DNA of 62,157 nt, the filler included, from Choristocarpus tenellus KU-1152 (Eukaryota > Protista > Phaeophyceae), in assembly GCA_964200185.2 (NCBI GenBank). It is 12 parts of 12 records of this genome, joined end to end, with 100 filler letters (N's around TTAATTAATTAA, not from the genome) between each part and the next. Parts side by side here need not be neighbours in the genome. Positions count along the whole stretch, not along the records: positions 32,957 to 39,897 come from CAXNAD020007007.1; positions 39,998 to 43,231 come from CAXNAD020021357.1; positions 43,332 to 45,897 come from CAXNAD020026716.1; 9 more parts are not named here. One strand, given 5' to 3'. The notes below the pieces were generated by a model. It had not been told where the DNA came from and ran no database searches. It worked only from the letters and a program-made list of their open reading frames with translations. A program made the position numbers and the translations under genes. Below are positions 32,981 through 45,257 of the stretch, one piece after another. Each line of letters starts with the position of its first letter. Positions within the stretch are counted from its first letter, which is position 1.

Positions 32981-33830
32981 AGACGGTGTGGCTGCAACTG
33001 CACTTGTGGCAACATCTGAAAGGGAATATGTGGTTAACCCAGGGGAGATATGACTAACTACAAAATTCTCTGGTAGCTTGAACCCTTTTTGAGATATATT
33101 GGCAATTTTGACGAAACACACTCCATCTTCTTCCCAAACAGCGAGGGTTCGACTGATCATAATATGTTGCCAGTGGGGGTGTATGTCGTCCTCTTGCTCA
33201 AAGTCTGTGCCAGTATGAATGATAAGTTCCACCACTGAATCAGTAGCTGTTCCTCGGAGTTCCTGAGAATAAACTGGGAAAAGCGTTTCAGTGCCAGGGG
33301 GGAGGTATATCTTTTTCACTGTGTGCACTGGTGCAGTGAACTCAGATGTGATTCACTGAAATTGAAATATAAGGTGATGGATTTTCAGTCTGACACACAT
33401 GTCTTGGGGGGGAACAGATGGGAAGTGGTATATTTTTGTGAGTTGTTGGAATGCATTTATAGTCTTTAAACGACCATTCCTCCTTATCCCAATCTAGCAC
33501 AGCCCCAAATGCTGACGTGATGCTCTTAACCGATAAACTAATATCTTCTACTCCCAAATTAGGTATGACAACTGCTTGGGCCGGCATTGATATGTCACCA
33601 AGTCGTAGTGTAAATTGAATGAAACCATGAACAGAAGATATTATGGTCTACCTCCTGCTCCTTTTAACCTTAGAGCGCTTGATGGAATCTCCCGAATTGG
33701 TGCCTTGCAAAGGGTTGGGTGGGCTTCATTGTATCTGAGTGATATTTCTGGAATATTAGTGGCAGTATCAACAGTAATGTTCATTAAAGGTTCATTATCT
33801 ACATACCCAGGAATTCTTACGCGGCGAGAT
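32981..33830 (-). pseudogene. Ty3/gypsy-like pol fragment (aspartic protease and post-protease domain)
   Basis: NITVDTAT (DTGA-like), LKGAGGRP, IPNLGVE..AFGAVLDW, then IYLPPGTE..ISRTLA..FVKIANISQKGFKLPENFVV. Broken by stops and frameshifts. Confidence 0.6.
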
Positions 33831-34599
33831 TACACATTCAGCACGCTAGGGGAGTTAGAATAATGTTGGGTGGCTGATGTGTGCCAGCAGTATGAAAAAG
33901 TGGAACAACACATCTGAATTGTAAAAGAAACTTCACTCATGCCCAAACGAGATTGTGAGAGAGTAAGAAAGAGCAGGTGCAACCGTTAGTTTCATATCCT
34001 GCCTATGGCAATTTTTGGCTTGCTGACCTTTTGAGCTATTGTGAAGTTGTGTATTAGGTTTTACAGTTTCTTCAGTGTTTCCTAACCTAGCAACAGCACC
34101 TTAGATATCATACCACATTTATGCCTTATCCTTACTTACTCTGGGGAACCAGAATCAGCAGGGCACACTTAAATACTCTCATCTCTCACTCTCTCTCCTC
34201 CTGCGGTTCTATATTATCCTGCAGGGGTTCATGGGAGGAACATTAGAGATTTTTGACATGGCAGCACATGCTCGGATCACCGATAAAGGTCGACCAATCG
34301 AATGCTCTTTGAGATTGTTATAGATACGCATGAGAGAAAGGGGTAACCCATTTTTGAAATTTGGCAACAGGGGAATAGGACAAATCCTGTGCTCCAGAAT
34401 TCATGGGGGTAAGTCTTTGCGAGAAAGATGTATCATTATCAAGGGATCAAGTACCTAGCCCCAGGGAATGTAATCGAGGTAGGATGGGACAACATACTCA
34501 TCTTATTTTGCTGGTTTATCCTTGTCAGGGTCGTAGCAGTGAGGCTGACCTCCACACTCAAAAACTCCAAAACTGTATTAGACATAAGTGACAACTCGG

Positions 34600-35991
34600 A
34601 GGCACCCTAGCGAGGCAGGTTGTCAGCAAAGAGCTGCCTGCACAAGACTGGTAAGACTGGGGAATATGTACTACCTACTCCAGACCATCCAGAACCATCT
34701 TCTGTATCAGAGGCACCAGGTTGTTGGCAAAGGGCTGCCTGGACAAGACTGGTTTGTCTGGGGAGTATATACTATCTACTCCAGACCATCCAGAACCATC
34801 TTCTATATCAGAGGCTCTCGCAGGGACTGATGGGCAAGAATGGCAAGCGGTGATGGAGAAGATGGAATGACAATGGATGAAGGGAACATTCATAGAGGGA
34901 GAGGTTTTGCCACGGGGAAGAACTCCTGTCAAGACTAAGTCTGAATTTAAGATAAGCCAACAGCCGAGGCGACCATTGAACAGTTCAAGGCCAGATTAGT
35001 GGCGTAGGGCTTCACTCAACGAGAGGGTGTGGAATACTTCAACACGTTCAGCCCAGTGGATTATATAATCAGGACAGTGCTAGTGACAGCAACGGCTCTT
35101 TGGGAGAACTAGATCACACTGCTTCATCACCACGCAGGCGGCACTGAAAGGGACTATAACATGTATTGCATTATGTTACAGGCTCCACCGATGAGAGGGT
35201 ACACTATCCTACTGAAGGACAGAGAGACAACAAAGGGCTCATAGGGTATGGGGATTCAGACTGGGTCAACGATCCTGTATCAAGACGGAGCATCACCGGA
35301 AATCTACTCCTATTCAATGGGAGAATGAGGCACTATGTGAGCGTCTGACTGGCACAACCTTCAATTATGATAGGCTTCGGGTCTGGGGGAGGGAGTGCCA
35401 TGTTCACCAGGAAAAACATGAGAGGGGACTCGGTTCAAAGTTTCACCATCGTACATCAAGCTGAAATGCACCAGGGAGTATGTCAGCCAAGGAATTTTTA
35501 CAGTCAAGGATATACCCACAGGACCACAACTTGCAGACATCTTGATTAAAAAATATTGCGAAAGAAGCAGGTACAAGACTTCGTAGACACTGCGTTCACT
35601 ACATTAATGTCGTGTGTTAGAGTTAGAGCAATCTGTGTTCTTTTACTTCCACTCTCATGGGGGAGTGTGCAAAATAGGACAAGAGTAGGGTGTACCCTAT
35701 TTTGCGTATGTGAAATAGTGGCATTGGATTGAGTCCATGTGATGTAACTAATGAGGTAGTACATCTGGAGTATGTATGGGGTTTGGTATTGCAATTAAAA
35801 TTCTCTGACATAACCGTTGACTTACACCTGAGGCACAAATAATAATAGAAAAGCAATAAAAAGACACCCCACAAGGTCACTCTTCTTTTCAACCATGTAA
35901 TCACGTTCAGCAATGGGGAACCGTGTGAGGCTCCATGCCTTCTTGTCTTCATTACTGATCAAATAACAATATCTTCAAGGTTAATTGCACA
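34600..35991 (+). mobile_element. 3' part of a decayed copia element (RT, RNase H, PPT, 3' LTR), same family as 16759-19819
   Basis: EPSSISEALAGTDGQEW, FKARLVA*GFTQREGVEYFNTFSPV, LIGYGDSDWVNDPVSRRSITG, IPTGPQLADILIK. PPT TGGGGGAG, then LTR 35666-35991 (TGTGCAA..TTGCACA). Confidence 0.88.
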
Positions 35992-37173
35992 GTTCTTGGC
36001 ACTGCAGATGATGAACCCCATGGAAGTGCTGCCCTTCTATGTCAATGTGAGGAAGTGTCAACAACATGGGAAGACCCAACTTAATGGGCTTTGAGGAGAT
36101 ACGCAAAGGGGGTGGAATATTACAAAATTGCATGTTCTTGATACCGTCAAGGTAGTTCACTACAGTAAACACTTCACATACAGCCTATAAAATTTCCACG
36201 AAAATGTCAGCTGACATACTGAAGGGATCAAGATATGATTTCATCAGGCGTTGTCTCAGAAGTTCTCCGGTACAAACACCATAACCTCAATATTCAATTT
36301 ATTCGTGAAACTGTTCATATCACATTTCCAGTTGGTGCTCATTCTAATATACTCCGAGTATATATTTTTTCCACATTTTTCAGTTCCCCTTAAACATCAT
36401 GTCTATCGTATTATCGTCCCTAATAATACTCCCCTTCCTCCCAGATCCAAGTGCTTCTCAGAGATGGCGACCCCTCCTTCAAAAAGCTCAAGGGAAGGCG
36501 GGGCTCCCCTAGGCTCATTGCAAACATAATCATATCCACTAGGTTTGCAGAGGTGGAGAATTTGCTATGTGTCGAACAGGCGCCACCTACAATGAGTGAT
36601 CCAATAGGAAAGTAGTACTCTGGTGGCAACGAATCCAAGTTTAGACACTGCGAAATGTGTGACATTCTATGTCAGGAAGATTGTGATAGCATTCTGAAAC
36701 GATTCTGCGCACGAGAAGATGGAGTGGTCCTTGCACTGTTTGATCCCATGTGCGGGTGTGGTCCATGACTGCCATTCAAGTGGGTGCCGATTGCATCTCC
36801 TCATTGCGTATGAATGGGGACACAGCTGAGATGAAGAAGGGGGATGAACTGGCAGCGTATATGGTCAGGAGGTCAAAAAGTCCCAAGATGTGCTTAATTT
36901 CATCAGGGAGGATGGGGTCCACGGCGATCCTAGCACATCTGGGAGTAGTGCTAAGAATGGGTAAAGAAGGGCTAACTTGCAGTTGTCAAAAAAAAAAAGT
37001 TACAGAGGTTGTTGTCACGATTTTACAATGTTATCCTTGCCGTGTGATGTTGATGTGGGTGAGGAAGGAAGGGTTCATGACTTTTAATTCGTATAAAAAC
37101 AGTACTTGAGAAGATCACACAAGAAGTTGGCAGATTTTGACAAAATGTGCACATTATAATAATAATGTGAATG

Positions 37174-37418
37174 TTTATGAAGTAATCTGAGTTTTGTGGG
37201 CGGAAGAATTCTGGTTGGCTGGCGGCACAGGACAAGGGTAGGCAGTGGAAAGAAAAAGAAGGAAGCAGGAAGAGAACGAATTGTTAGGAAGGGGAGAAAA
37301 GTTAAATGGAAACGAGTGGCAGGGAAAGGATAGGAGCAGAGCTCCGTGAGTAATAAGAAGGCTGAGAATCAGGGGTACTGGAGGAGGAGGGGAGACCAAG
37401 GCAACCTCCGAGCAAGCT
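37174..37418 (+). repeat. Direct repeat copy 1 (about 250 bp); copy 2 at 38494-38759
   Basis: Both read tttatgaagtartctgagtwttgygggcggaagaattctggttggctgg...aacctccragcaagct. Confidence 0.8.
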
Positions 37419-39855
37419 CTCCCGCCCACCCACCCTGTCGCTTGCTCATGACCAACGGGAACACTGGGAAAGGGGGGGGGAGGGGAGGTCAAGTTACAGC
37501 GAGGTAGATGCTTCTAGCTCAAAGACACGGTTTGAAGTGGATCATGAAGGGGTGTTCTTGGATGATTGTGGAGTGGTGTTGAGTGGTGTGGGGTGAGTGG
37601 AGTGGGGTTGAGGGGAGTGGTAACTTGTGTGGGGCTGAATGGTGGGGGATGACTGGCAATCAGGGGCGAAGGGCATTCACACTGGTTGGTCATCAAATGT
37701 GGGGGATGGCTGGCAATCATTGACGAAGGGCATTAGCAATGGTTGGTGTCATCAAATGGGGAATGGAGAATAGAGGAATGGCAAACAAGGAATAAGCAAA
37801 TAATAATAATAATCCAGAAATCGTAAGCAAAACAAAACAAAAATGACAACACTAAATTTGAACAACTTCAACTGCTTCACTTCATAGCAGTTGTATGTCT
37901 CCCTCTAACATAATGTGGATCATTGGGACCAGATCAACACTCTATACAATCTCGCCGCACATTGAACCTAATGTCGTATTTTGAGCCAATAGCATATACA
38001 ATTGATACTACTACGTGCAGAACACCTTTCGTTTTAGCCAGAACGTCAACAGTCGGTTGCTTCTAAAAATGTCATAGAGTTGTACAAACTCTGAAAATAT
38101 GCTTCAAAGGATCTCATGATACTCCACAAAGGTATTAACAAATACGATGGGTGAGAGTGAATTGGTATATTATGACAAGGCAATGACAACCAAAAAAGAA
38201 AATGTAATCAACAATGATCGTTTATGTGGAGTGTTCTTCTACTATAAATAAAAAAAATGTACCAGAAGAACGCACTTTTATCAATATCTCATTAAACTCA
38301 ACTAACGGATGCGATTCTTGAATGGGTATTGATGTTGTGATGATGAGTTGGGAATGCAAAAATGACAACAACGACCAGTGCAGTTGACCAATCAACTTTC
38401 AGGGCGAGGTGTGGCACTGTATCATATCAAAGAAAACAAATGAGTACGATATGCGTATGTTTTAACAGTATCGTCAGTTCATATTAAGTAAAATTTATGA
38501 AGTAGTCTGAGTATTGCGGGCGGAAGAATTCTGGTTGGCTGGGGGCACAGGATAAGGGAGGGTAGAGGAAAGAAAAAGAAGGAAGCAAGAAGGGAACGAA
38601 TAGTTAAGGAATGACTGGCTAAGAGAGGGGAGAGAAAGGTTAAAAGAAATGAGTGGTAGGAAAGGGGATGGGGAAGAAACGATCAGTATCTGATAAAAGG
38701 GCTGACAACCAGGGGTACAGGACGAGAAGGGCGAGAACAAGAGAACCTCCAAGCAAGCTTTTACCGGAGTAGATCAAGACAGAACCCGAACAGTCTTTCC
38801 GACAGCTGGAAAGCTGGAAGAGAGAAATGTCCGATGGAAAAGGTGGGGATGCTTGAGAACCGCATACTGAAATGGTAAGAAAAGGTCCACAAGGTAAGGG
38901 GGCTGGTGACTAAGACGATGAAAAACATTGTGGATAAATGTATGGTAGGAATGGAATATGGGTAGTGAAGTGGGTAGATTCAGACATAATACAAGGGGTA
39001 TCTGGGGAAATCCATAGAACAATAAATTATGAAATACTGACCACGATGTTATTGTGGAGTGAAACAAAGGTTAGATGTGTAAATGATGAATCGAATGATT
39101 CCCACGGTAGTGGCCCTGGTAGAGATGGGAGCACATGTTAATTCGGGAAGCTATAAACGCTAATACTTTTTAGATTAGTACACACAGCAGAAAGGGAAAG
39201 GGTTGAGGGAGGGTCCTATCAGAGTTACAGTCTGAGGGGTACACGGGGACTAGTAATAGAGTGCGCCGTTTATGCCACAAACATGGTTATCCCATGGAGT
39301 TCGCGACAAAAATGGAAAAAATGATCCGTCAGGGTAGGAGTAGTGTACCTGCGCTAATCTTGTAGAGTAAGTGCAGTTTAGATATCGCTCGAAAGGTAGG
39401 GTCGGGACTGATACTAGGTTTGTACCAATCGGTGATAGAGCGCATGGACTGTTTTCCACTGTTTACATCGTTCAACCTAACCCATAGGGCAAAAGGAAAT
39501 CAAATAGTGTGGACTCACTGTAGGATGATGTAGAGGGGATCACCCCGTTTAAGGGTAACGGGTGGAAGTTACGAGGCCAGTGATGGCACATTTACTCAGC
39601 ACAGGCACCCTGTGAATCAGTGGTTATGTCAATATGAGTAGCCATAGAACTTATGGATTATAGCTACAAACTGGGAGATAACGTGGTAAAATAAAGCAAA
39701 TAAGAAAACCTGTAAAGGTATCCCAGAGTATCGAATGAGGCCACGTGGTAGGTGGGGATTCTCGGTGGAGTCACAGCTACGAAATTAAGTACAGATAACT
39801 GCAGAAATCCGGATGGGCATGCAGTAGGTGGAAATTTTAAGTGAAGTGAATGTCA

Positions 39856-39897
39856 GGCTCAAAGTATGTGGGAGGGGGTGGTGGCTGTGCATTTGGG
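39856..39897. mobile_element. MITE B terminus at contig end
   Basis: ggctcaaagtatgtgggagggggtggtggctgtgcatttggg. Confidence 0.75.
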
Positions 39898-40076
39898 NNN
39901 NNNNNNNNNNNNNNNNNNNNNNNNNNNNNNNNNNNNNNNNNTTAATTAATTAANNNNNNNNNNNNNNNNNNNNNNNNNNNNNNNNNNNNNNNNNNNNCAA
40001 GGGGAAAAAGGATGTTGTTTTTGTGTCTGTGCCCCCCATCGAAGGGAAACGGGCTTTGGACACCAAAGGGGGGGCT

Positions 40077-40107
<31 letters not shown>

Positions 40108-40458
40108 CATTGTCCAAGCAACAGTTGGCCGCTGAGTTCTTGATCAAGCCCTCATTGTAGGGGAGAGCCCACCAGCCTTTTGCGACGAACAATTGGTAAC
40201 AAGTCTGGCAAATCCTTATTGGTGCCAGGAAAAAAGAAAAAAAAAGAAAAAGAAAAAAAAGAGTGCCTTGGTGTCTCACCGCCCCCGACCAGGAAAAAGA
40301 AAGAATTGCTGTGAAGACTATTCTTTTTTTTTTTGCGCTTTTTGTTCTTTTTTTTTGCTCTCGTTCACCTACTCCAGAATCGCACTTCAATGTAGACTTG
40401 GACGGCGTGTCGCTTGTTCTCAGCGAGGAGGCGATAATATATATATATATATTTTTTT

Positions 40459-40536
40459 GGGGTGGGGGTGTGGGTGTGGGTGTGGGTGTGGGTGTGGGTG
40501 TGGGTGTGGGTGTGAGTGTGGGTGTGGGTGAGGGTG
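40459..40536. repeat. (GGGTGT)n microsatellite
   Basis: About 12 tandem hexamer units seen directly. Confidence 0.9.
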
Positions 40537-41305
40537 GGAGCTTCTTTCCGTGACCAGTTTTGGTCTGGGCTGTGTCGAAGAGGGTTATTTGTTTAGGGTT
40601 AGGGTTTTGTGTGGTTTGAGCGAGTGAAACTGCCAATAGAGTGGTAGCAATGGAGTAAAAAGCTACTAAATGTGAAGTAGTAAATATAACTGGCTATATT
40701 ACTACTGTTGTTGTATCATACTGACACAGGAAGAGAAATATTTTTATTTTTCCAATTTTTATTGTTTTTTTTGAATTTTTGAATTGTTGATACCCTCGAC
40801 ATACGGAGGGGGGTATTGATAGTAATAGCAATAGTGACTGCTGCAGCAATACGATGCAGTGCGGTAACCTAGGAGGAGGTATGAATAAGGTCAAGGGCGT
40901 TGAAAGCTCTGCCTATGAGAACCTCGTCAGTCCGCTTTGTAGCCTTGCCTGAACCACCTTGGTCTTAAATGTTGGACCAGTAACTCGATGGGATATTGGG
41001 ACACAGGAACCGTTGCTCTGTGGATCAATGCCTGTTGGTTTTTGTATATTGCGGGCGTTTCGACATGTGGCATCCATGGGTTTCTTTGTATATGTGAAGG
41101 CAGTGGTGGGTTAGCCCCTCTGGCACACAGTTTGCCCGCTTGCTCCCCTGTCAACTTGAACAAGAATGCGGCTGGCTCATTACTTCTTTGGTTCAGGGTT
41201 AGTGATGTACTGTGATTCAGGTCTGGTTTATTGTTACAACGACACTGATTTTGTTTTTAGGAATGGTGTAGGCCTTGTACCCTTGGGGTTGGACTGCGAT
41301 ATGTG

Positions 41306-41361
41306 ATAGGGTTAGGGTTAGGGTTAGGGTCAGGGTTAGGGTTAAGGTTAGGGTTAAGGTT
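41306..41361 (+). repeat. Interstitial telomeric repeat (TTAGGG)n, about 9 units with variants
   Basis: atagggttagggttagggttagggtcagggttagggttaaggttagggttaaggtt. Confidence 0.88.
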
Positions 41362-42746
41362 GACGATGCGGTTCAATACAGCATTGGTGTGTGATTTGAG
41401 TACCATCTTTAGTTGTGCAGTAGGAGTTACATGCTTAGGGTTAGGGGGTGGTGATATGCGTTGATGTGTCCCCTACGAAGAGAAATCAGTGTGTTAGATA
41501 CTCGTGTCGGTTACATTTTCTTGGTCTGTTCAATGTTGTTTTAAATAGCTTCCACCAGGGCAGGCTATACGTGAACAAGATGGTAATGGATTTTCATCTT
41601 TTTTTGAGGGGGTCTTGCGAAAAACTCACTGAAATGTGAGAGGTTTGCGTAAGATTTCGTCAAGAACTGACTTAGTCTATGAGGACTGACCCCTGTACTG
41701 AAAGAGTTTTAGTGTATGCTCTCTGGGTTTCTAGGGGTGAAGCTTACCCACAGACTGCTCGGAGTTATGCTGGACAGAGGAAGTAATTGAGGGATGTTTG
41801 GTTGATATGGTGGGGAGTGGTGTTGCTTGGAGTTATGGGGTGTTGATGGTCTTTGATGGGTCAGGGTTAGGGTTTTGGTATGACTGGAGTTGTGAATAGT
41901 GATACACAGTAGTAGGGGATTTGTGTTAGGGTTAGGGATAGTGGTGCACAGGGAAAGGATTGGTGTCAGGGTTAGGGCTATGTTTTATCTGAGGTTAGGG
42001 ATGCCCTTCAGTGAGTTAGGGTTAGGGATGCTCTTCAAAGGCTTGTGGTTGGGGTTGTGGTATGTGTAGGGTGAGTGATGGCGATGTTTTTTTTATGTGT
42101 TAGTGTTAGTGATGCTCTTTTCATGCTGTACAGCATTGACCTGTAGGGTTAGAGATATAAATGACTACTACAGTTCCGTTGTCAGTGATGAGCTTGTTGT
42201 ATGCCTAGGAATATTGATATGTTTTTTTAATTCAGTGTTATTTTTGTTATTTCTCAGGGTTAGGGTTAGGGTTCGATTCTCAATGATGCACTGAGTGTAC
42301 AAGTGTAGTAGTATATATATTAAGTATATATGCAAACTATAATATGTACTGTTCGTGTTTTTTTTTAATATAACTATATTCATATTATATAATATATATG
42401 CAGTTCGTTTTTTTTTGTTGCTGCATTTGGAGCTCTGCTGGTGGTTGACAATATGCACTTTCTAAGTACATTATGGGTATACCCAAGTTCTTATTTGAGA
42501 TACTATATACTTTTTTTGATGACTGGGCAGAATATCTGCATGACTTCTCACCTATGAAAACTTGTAAGTTAAGTGGTTGCGCCCAAGCACCTGGCCTTAC
42601 CCTACTGGTTGCATGCTAATGAGACACAGCTTGTGACTGATCCTCAAGTATTCAACCTGACGTACTCCTTCCTTCCCCCCCACCCTGCCCCCCCTCCCCA
42701 TTCCCTCCCATGCCCCCCATACTTGTCCCTTAAGCCTGCCTCACAG

Positions 42747-43231
42747 GATATTCCCATGGATACGAATATTGGTCCCGGTTCCTCCTCTTCCTCTTCTTCC
42801 ACCCCTCAAGTGGCTCTCCTTAAATGTAACAAGGCGTTGCTCTCTCTTCGAAGAACCAAGAGTACCTCAGACCTACCGATCCAGCCGAGTGCCTATCCTG
42901 CCGCCTGCCCCTCACCCATGGCATCTTCACGTTTATCGATACCACCTTTTGTGGGTAAGGGCTCTTGTTCTATGACGGCTTTGGAAAAATGTTGTCCTCC
43001 TCCTCTTCCTCTTCCTCCTCCTCCTCCTCCTCCTCCTCCTCCTCCTCCCCCACCCCCCCCCTTGGGTGGTAACGATTGTCCAGGAAGTGAGTCGTCCCCT
43101 GCTGCTGCTGCTGCTGCTGCTGCTGCGGTGTCCTCAATAACGCCTCCATTATTATTGTCGAGAGGGGAAGAAATAATAATAATGAAAAAAAAGCAACGGG
43201 TTGGCGGTGCCAATGCCGGCGATGGCGAACG
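42747..43231 (+). CDS. Probable exon of an unknown low-complexity (Ser/Pro/Ala-rich) protein, cut by the contig end
   Basis: Pyrimidine-rich tract and cacAG acceptor. The frame stays open for 485 nt to the gap, with in-frame (CCT)n and (GCT)n triplet repeats. No recognisable domain. Confidence 0.45.
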
Positions 43232-43331
43232 NNNNNNNNNNNNNNNNNNNNNNNNNNNNNNNNNNNNNNNNNNNNTTAATTAATTAANNNNNNNNNNNNN
43301 NNNNNNNNNNNNNNNNNNNNNNNNNNNNNNN

Positions 43332-43427
43332 ATGGAACCAAACCACACAAAAATCGTGACCTAAAAAAATTGGCCCCAAATGTACAGCCCCCCCCCCCCC
43401 CCCCCCTCCCCCAAGACACTTTGAGCC
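43332..43427. mobile_element. MITE B right part, within an intron of the downstream gene
   Basis: aaaattggccccaaatgtacag-polyC-aagacactttgagcc. Confidence 0.75.
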
Positions 43428-43483
43428 TGTCATCCATTTCATGGTCACTTTGGATCTTCAAACCTCTTTGTCCATGTTTACAG

Positions 43484-45257
43484 GAGCGTCTGGGGACCTC
43501 TGGTAGTTGCATGGGGCGAAAGAGTGCATCAATCCGTTTTGACACTTCCACAGGGGCATTTGAGGTCAAGCTGGAGGACCTGCCCATGGTCTTCACTGTC
43601 ACATATGCCGCTGGCAGGTGAAGAAAAGAATGCTCACCTACCTTTCTGTTCTTTTGAGTGAGAATGATTTCTACTACAATTTCTGCAAAAAGTGGAATAG
43701 TAAATGCTATCAACAACCCCTTGTTGCATTCAATATAACCAGGCATGGCCCCCTTGAATCAATCGATCTTCATCTGGGGGCTCAAGTCAACCTCCTGGGA
43801 AGATCAATGCGACTCATGCAGGTACCACAGGTTTGGACTTTGCTCCAACAATACACCCACACACCCAATAGTTCACCTGCAGTACCTTCGTCCCCTGTTT
43901 GAACTTGCTAAGCTTCCAAAGCTGCACAAATCCGTCACAGACTTCTTACAAAATCACGCTTGTTTGGGGAAAAAATAAAAACATTGGTCTATCCGTGCAA
44001 ATCCCAAGAACCACTCATAGCAGTAAAACAGCTATTGAGGATATTTTTATTCACAAGCCCCAGCCCCCACATGGTAATGAACAAACACCACATCCGAAGG
44101 CGGATGCACCGACAACAGCATGGCTCGAGGAAGAGGCCAGAATTCTTTTGGGAATTAAGGTGTCCCTCGTTTCCTGTCTTGAAAGGCATGGAGAGCATGT
44201 TCGCTGCCTAAGGTGAAGAACAGAGGGGGAAAAAAGGAGGGTCTATCACTCGTCTCCCCTTGTCCATTTAGACAACACCGCACTAGTGTTTCCAACCAAC
44301 CTCCCTGCCAACTCAGCCCAAAAACAACCGTAAAACTACATGTGATCTGTTTTGAGGCTATCATGTTGCATGATATACCACTGGAGTTCTTGATAGGTGT
44401 GTCGCTGCTCTAGGCTTTGAATTCTACAAGAGTGTAAAGCTCATGCACCCCATCATATTTTGGTTCAAGATTAAATACACGTGGCTATCCCTTCACAGCA
44501 GGACTTCCTATGACTTGCATTGACCTCACCTTGGTGGAAGTATGATATTAGTGACATGAAGGATAATATTATTTGAGTTTTGGTTGTAGAAAGTTATGCA
44601 AGGTGAATACACTCCGTCAACTAAGTACAATGGGCACATTGGTCCACTTTAAATATTCTCACCATTGCCTTTCAAGCCTACTCCTATCCCAAACGTTTGC
44701 CACAATTTACGTGAGAATGAACTGGTTTGATATAGACGAATGCAGCACCATGACACCCTTCCTGATGTTGATTCGAATCCGAGCCGACAGTTACAAACGC
44801 ATCTATGTAAGTGTTTTCAAATTGACAACATAATGTAGTACCAAGTACTACTTCCCTGGGGGAGGTAAGCTCACACGATATGCCAAAAGCTTAAGCACTA
44901 CGCATGAAGGGTTGCATCATCCCTGAAGTAGCAAAGATGGCGGTCAAGAGAGAGGAAGATCACCTTGATTTGAAGAGACATGCGTAAAACGATAAACACC
45001 AGTTTCACCACGGTCTTCCTTGCCGTACGCCCTGCCCTCCCCATTCCTCCCACCCTTTTTCCTGCGATGAACGGTATTATGTATATTTCTCCAGTGACAG
45101 ACTCGACCACATAGGTGCTGTACAGCGCGGAGCGGGCCACGACTCAAAGATAGACAGACGCCGCCTGCTGAGTGACATCGTTGGACTTAGGTCGAAGCTG
45201 GCAGAGATAAGCCCTGATGATGCGAGAGAGCTGACAAGGAGGCTGTGCTTCGTCTGA
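43484..45257 (+). CDS. 3' five exons of an uncharacterised protein with a DM10-like domain
   Basis: Exons 43484-43617, 43743-43821, 44100-44212, 44736-44806 and 45115-45257(TGA) join with GT-AG introns in consistent phases (2,0,2,1). The product contains IRFDTSTGAFEV..GPLESIDLHLGAQVNLLGRSMRLMQADAPTTAWLE, like the DM10 pattern DLxVGxxVxxxGRxxxLxxADxxTxxxL. Confidence 0.7.

Noticed and set aside
39950-40636. 228-aa minus-strand ORF and overlapping GVGVGV/CGCGCG ORFs
   Set aside because: They stay open only because of (GGGTGT)n, poly-C and A/T runs, and extend into the N spacer. No domain is recognisable.
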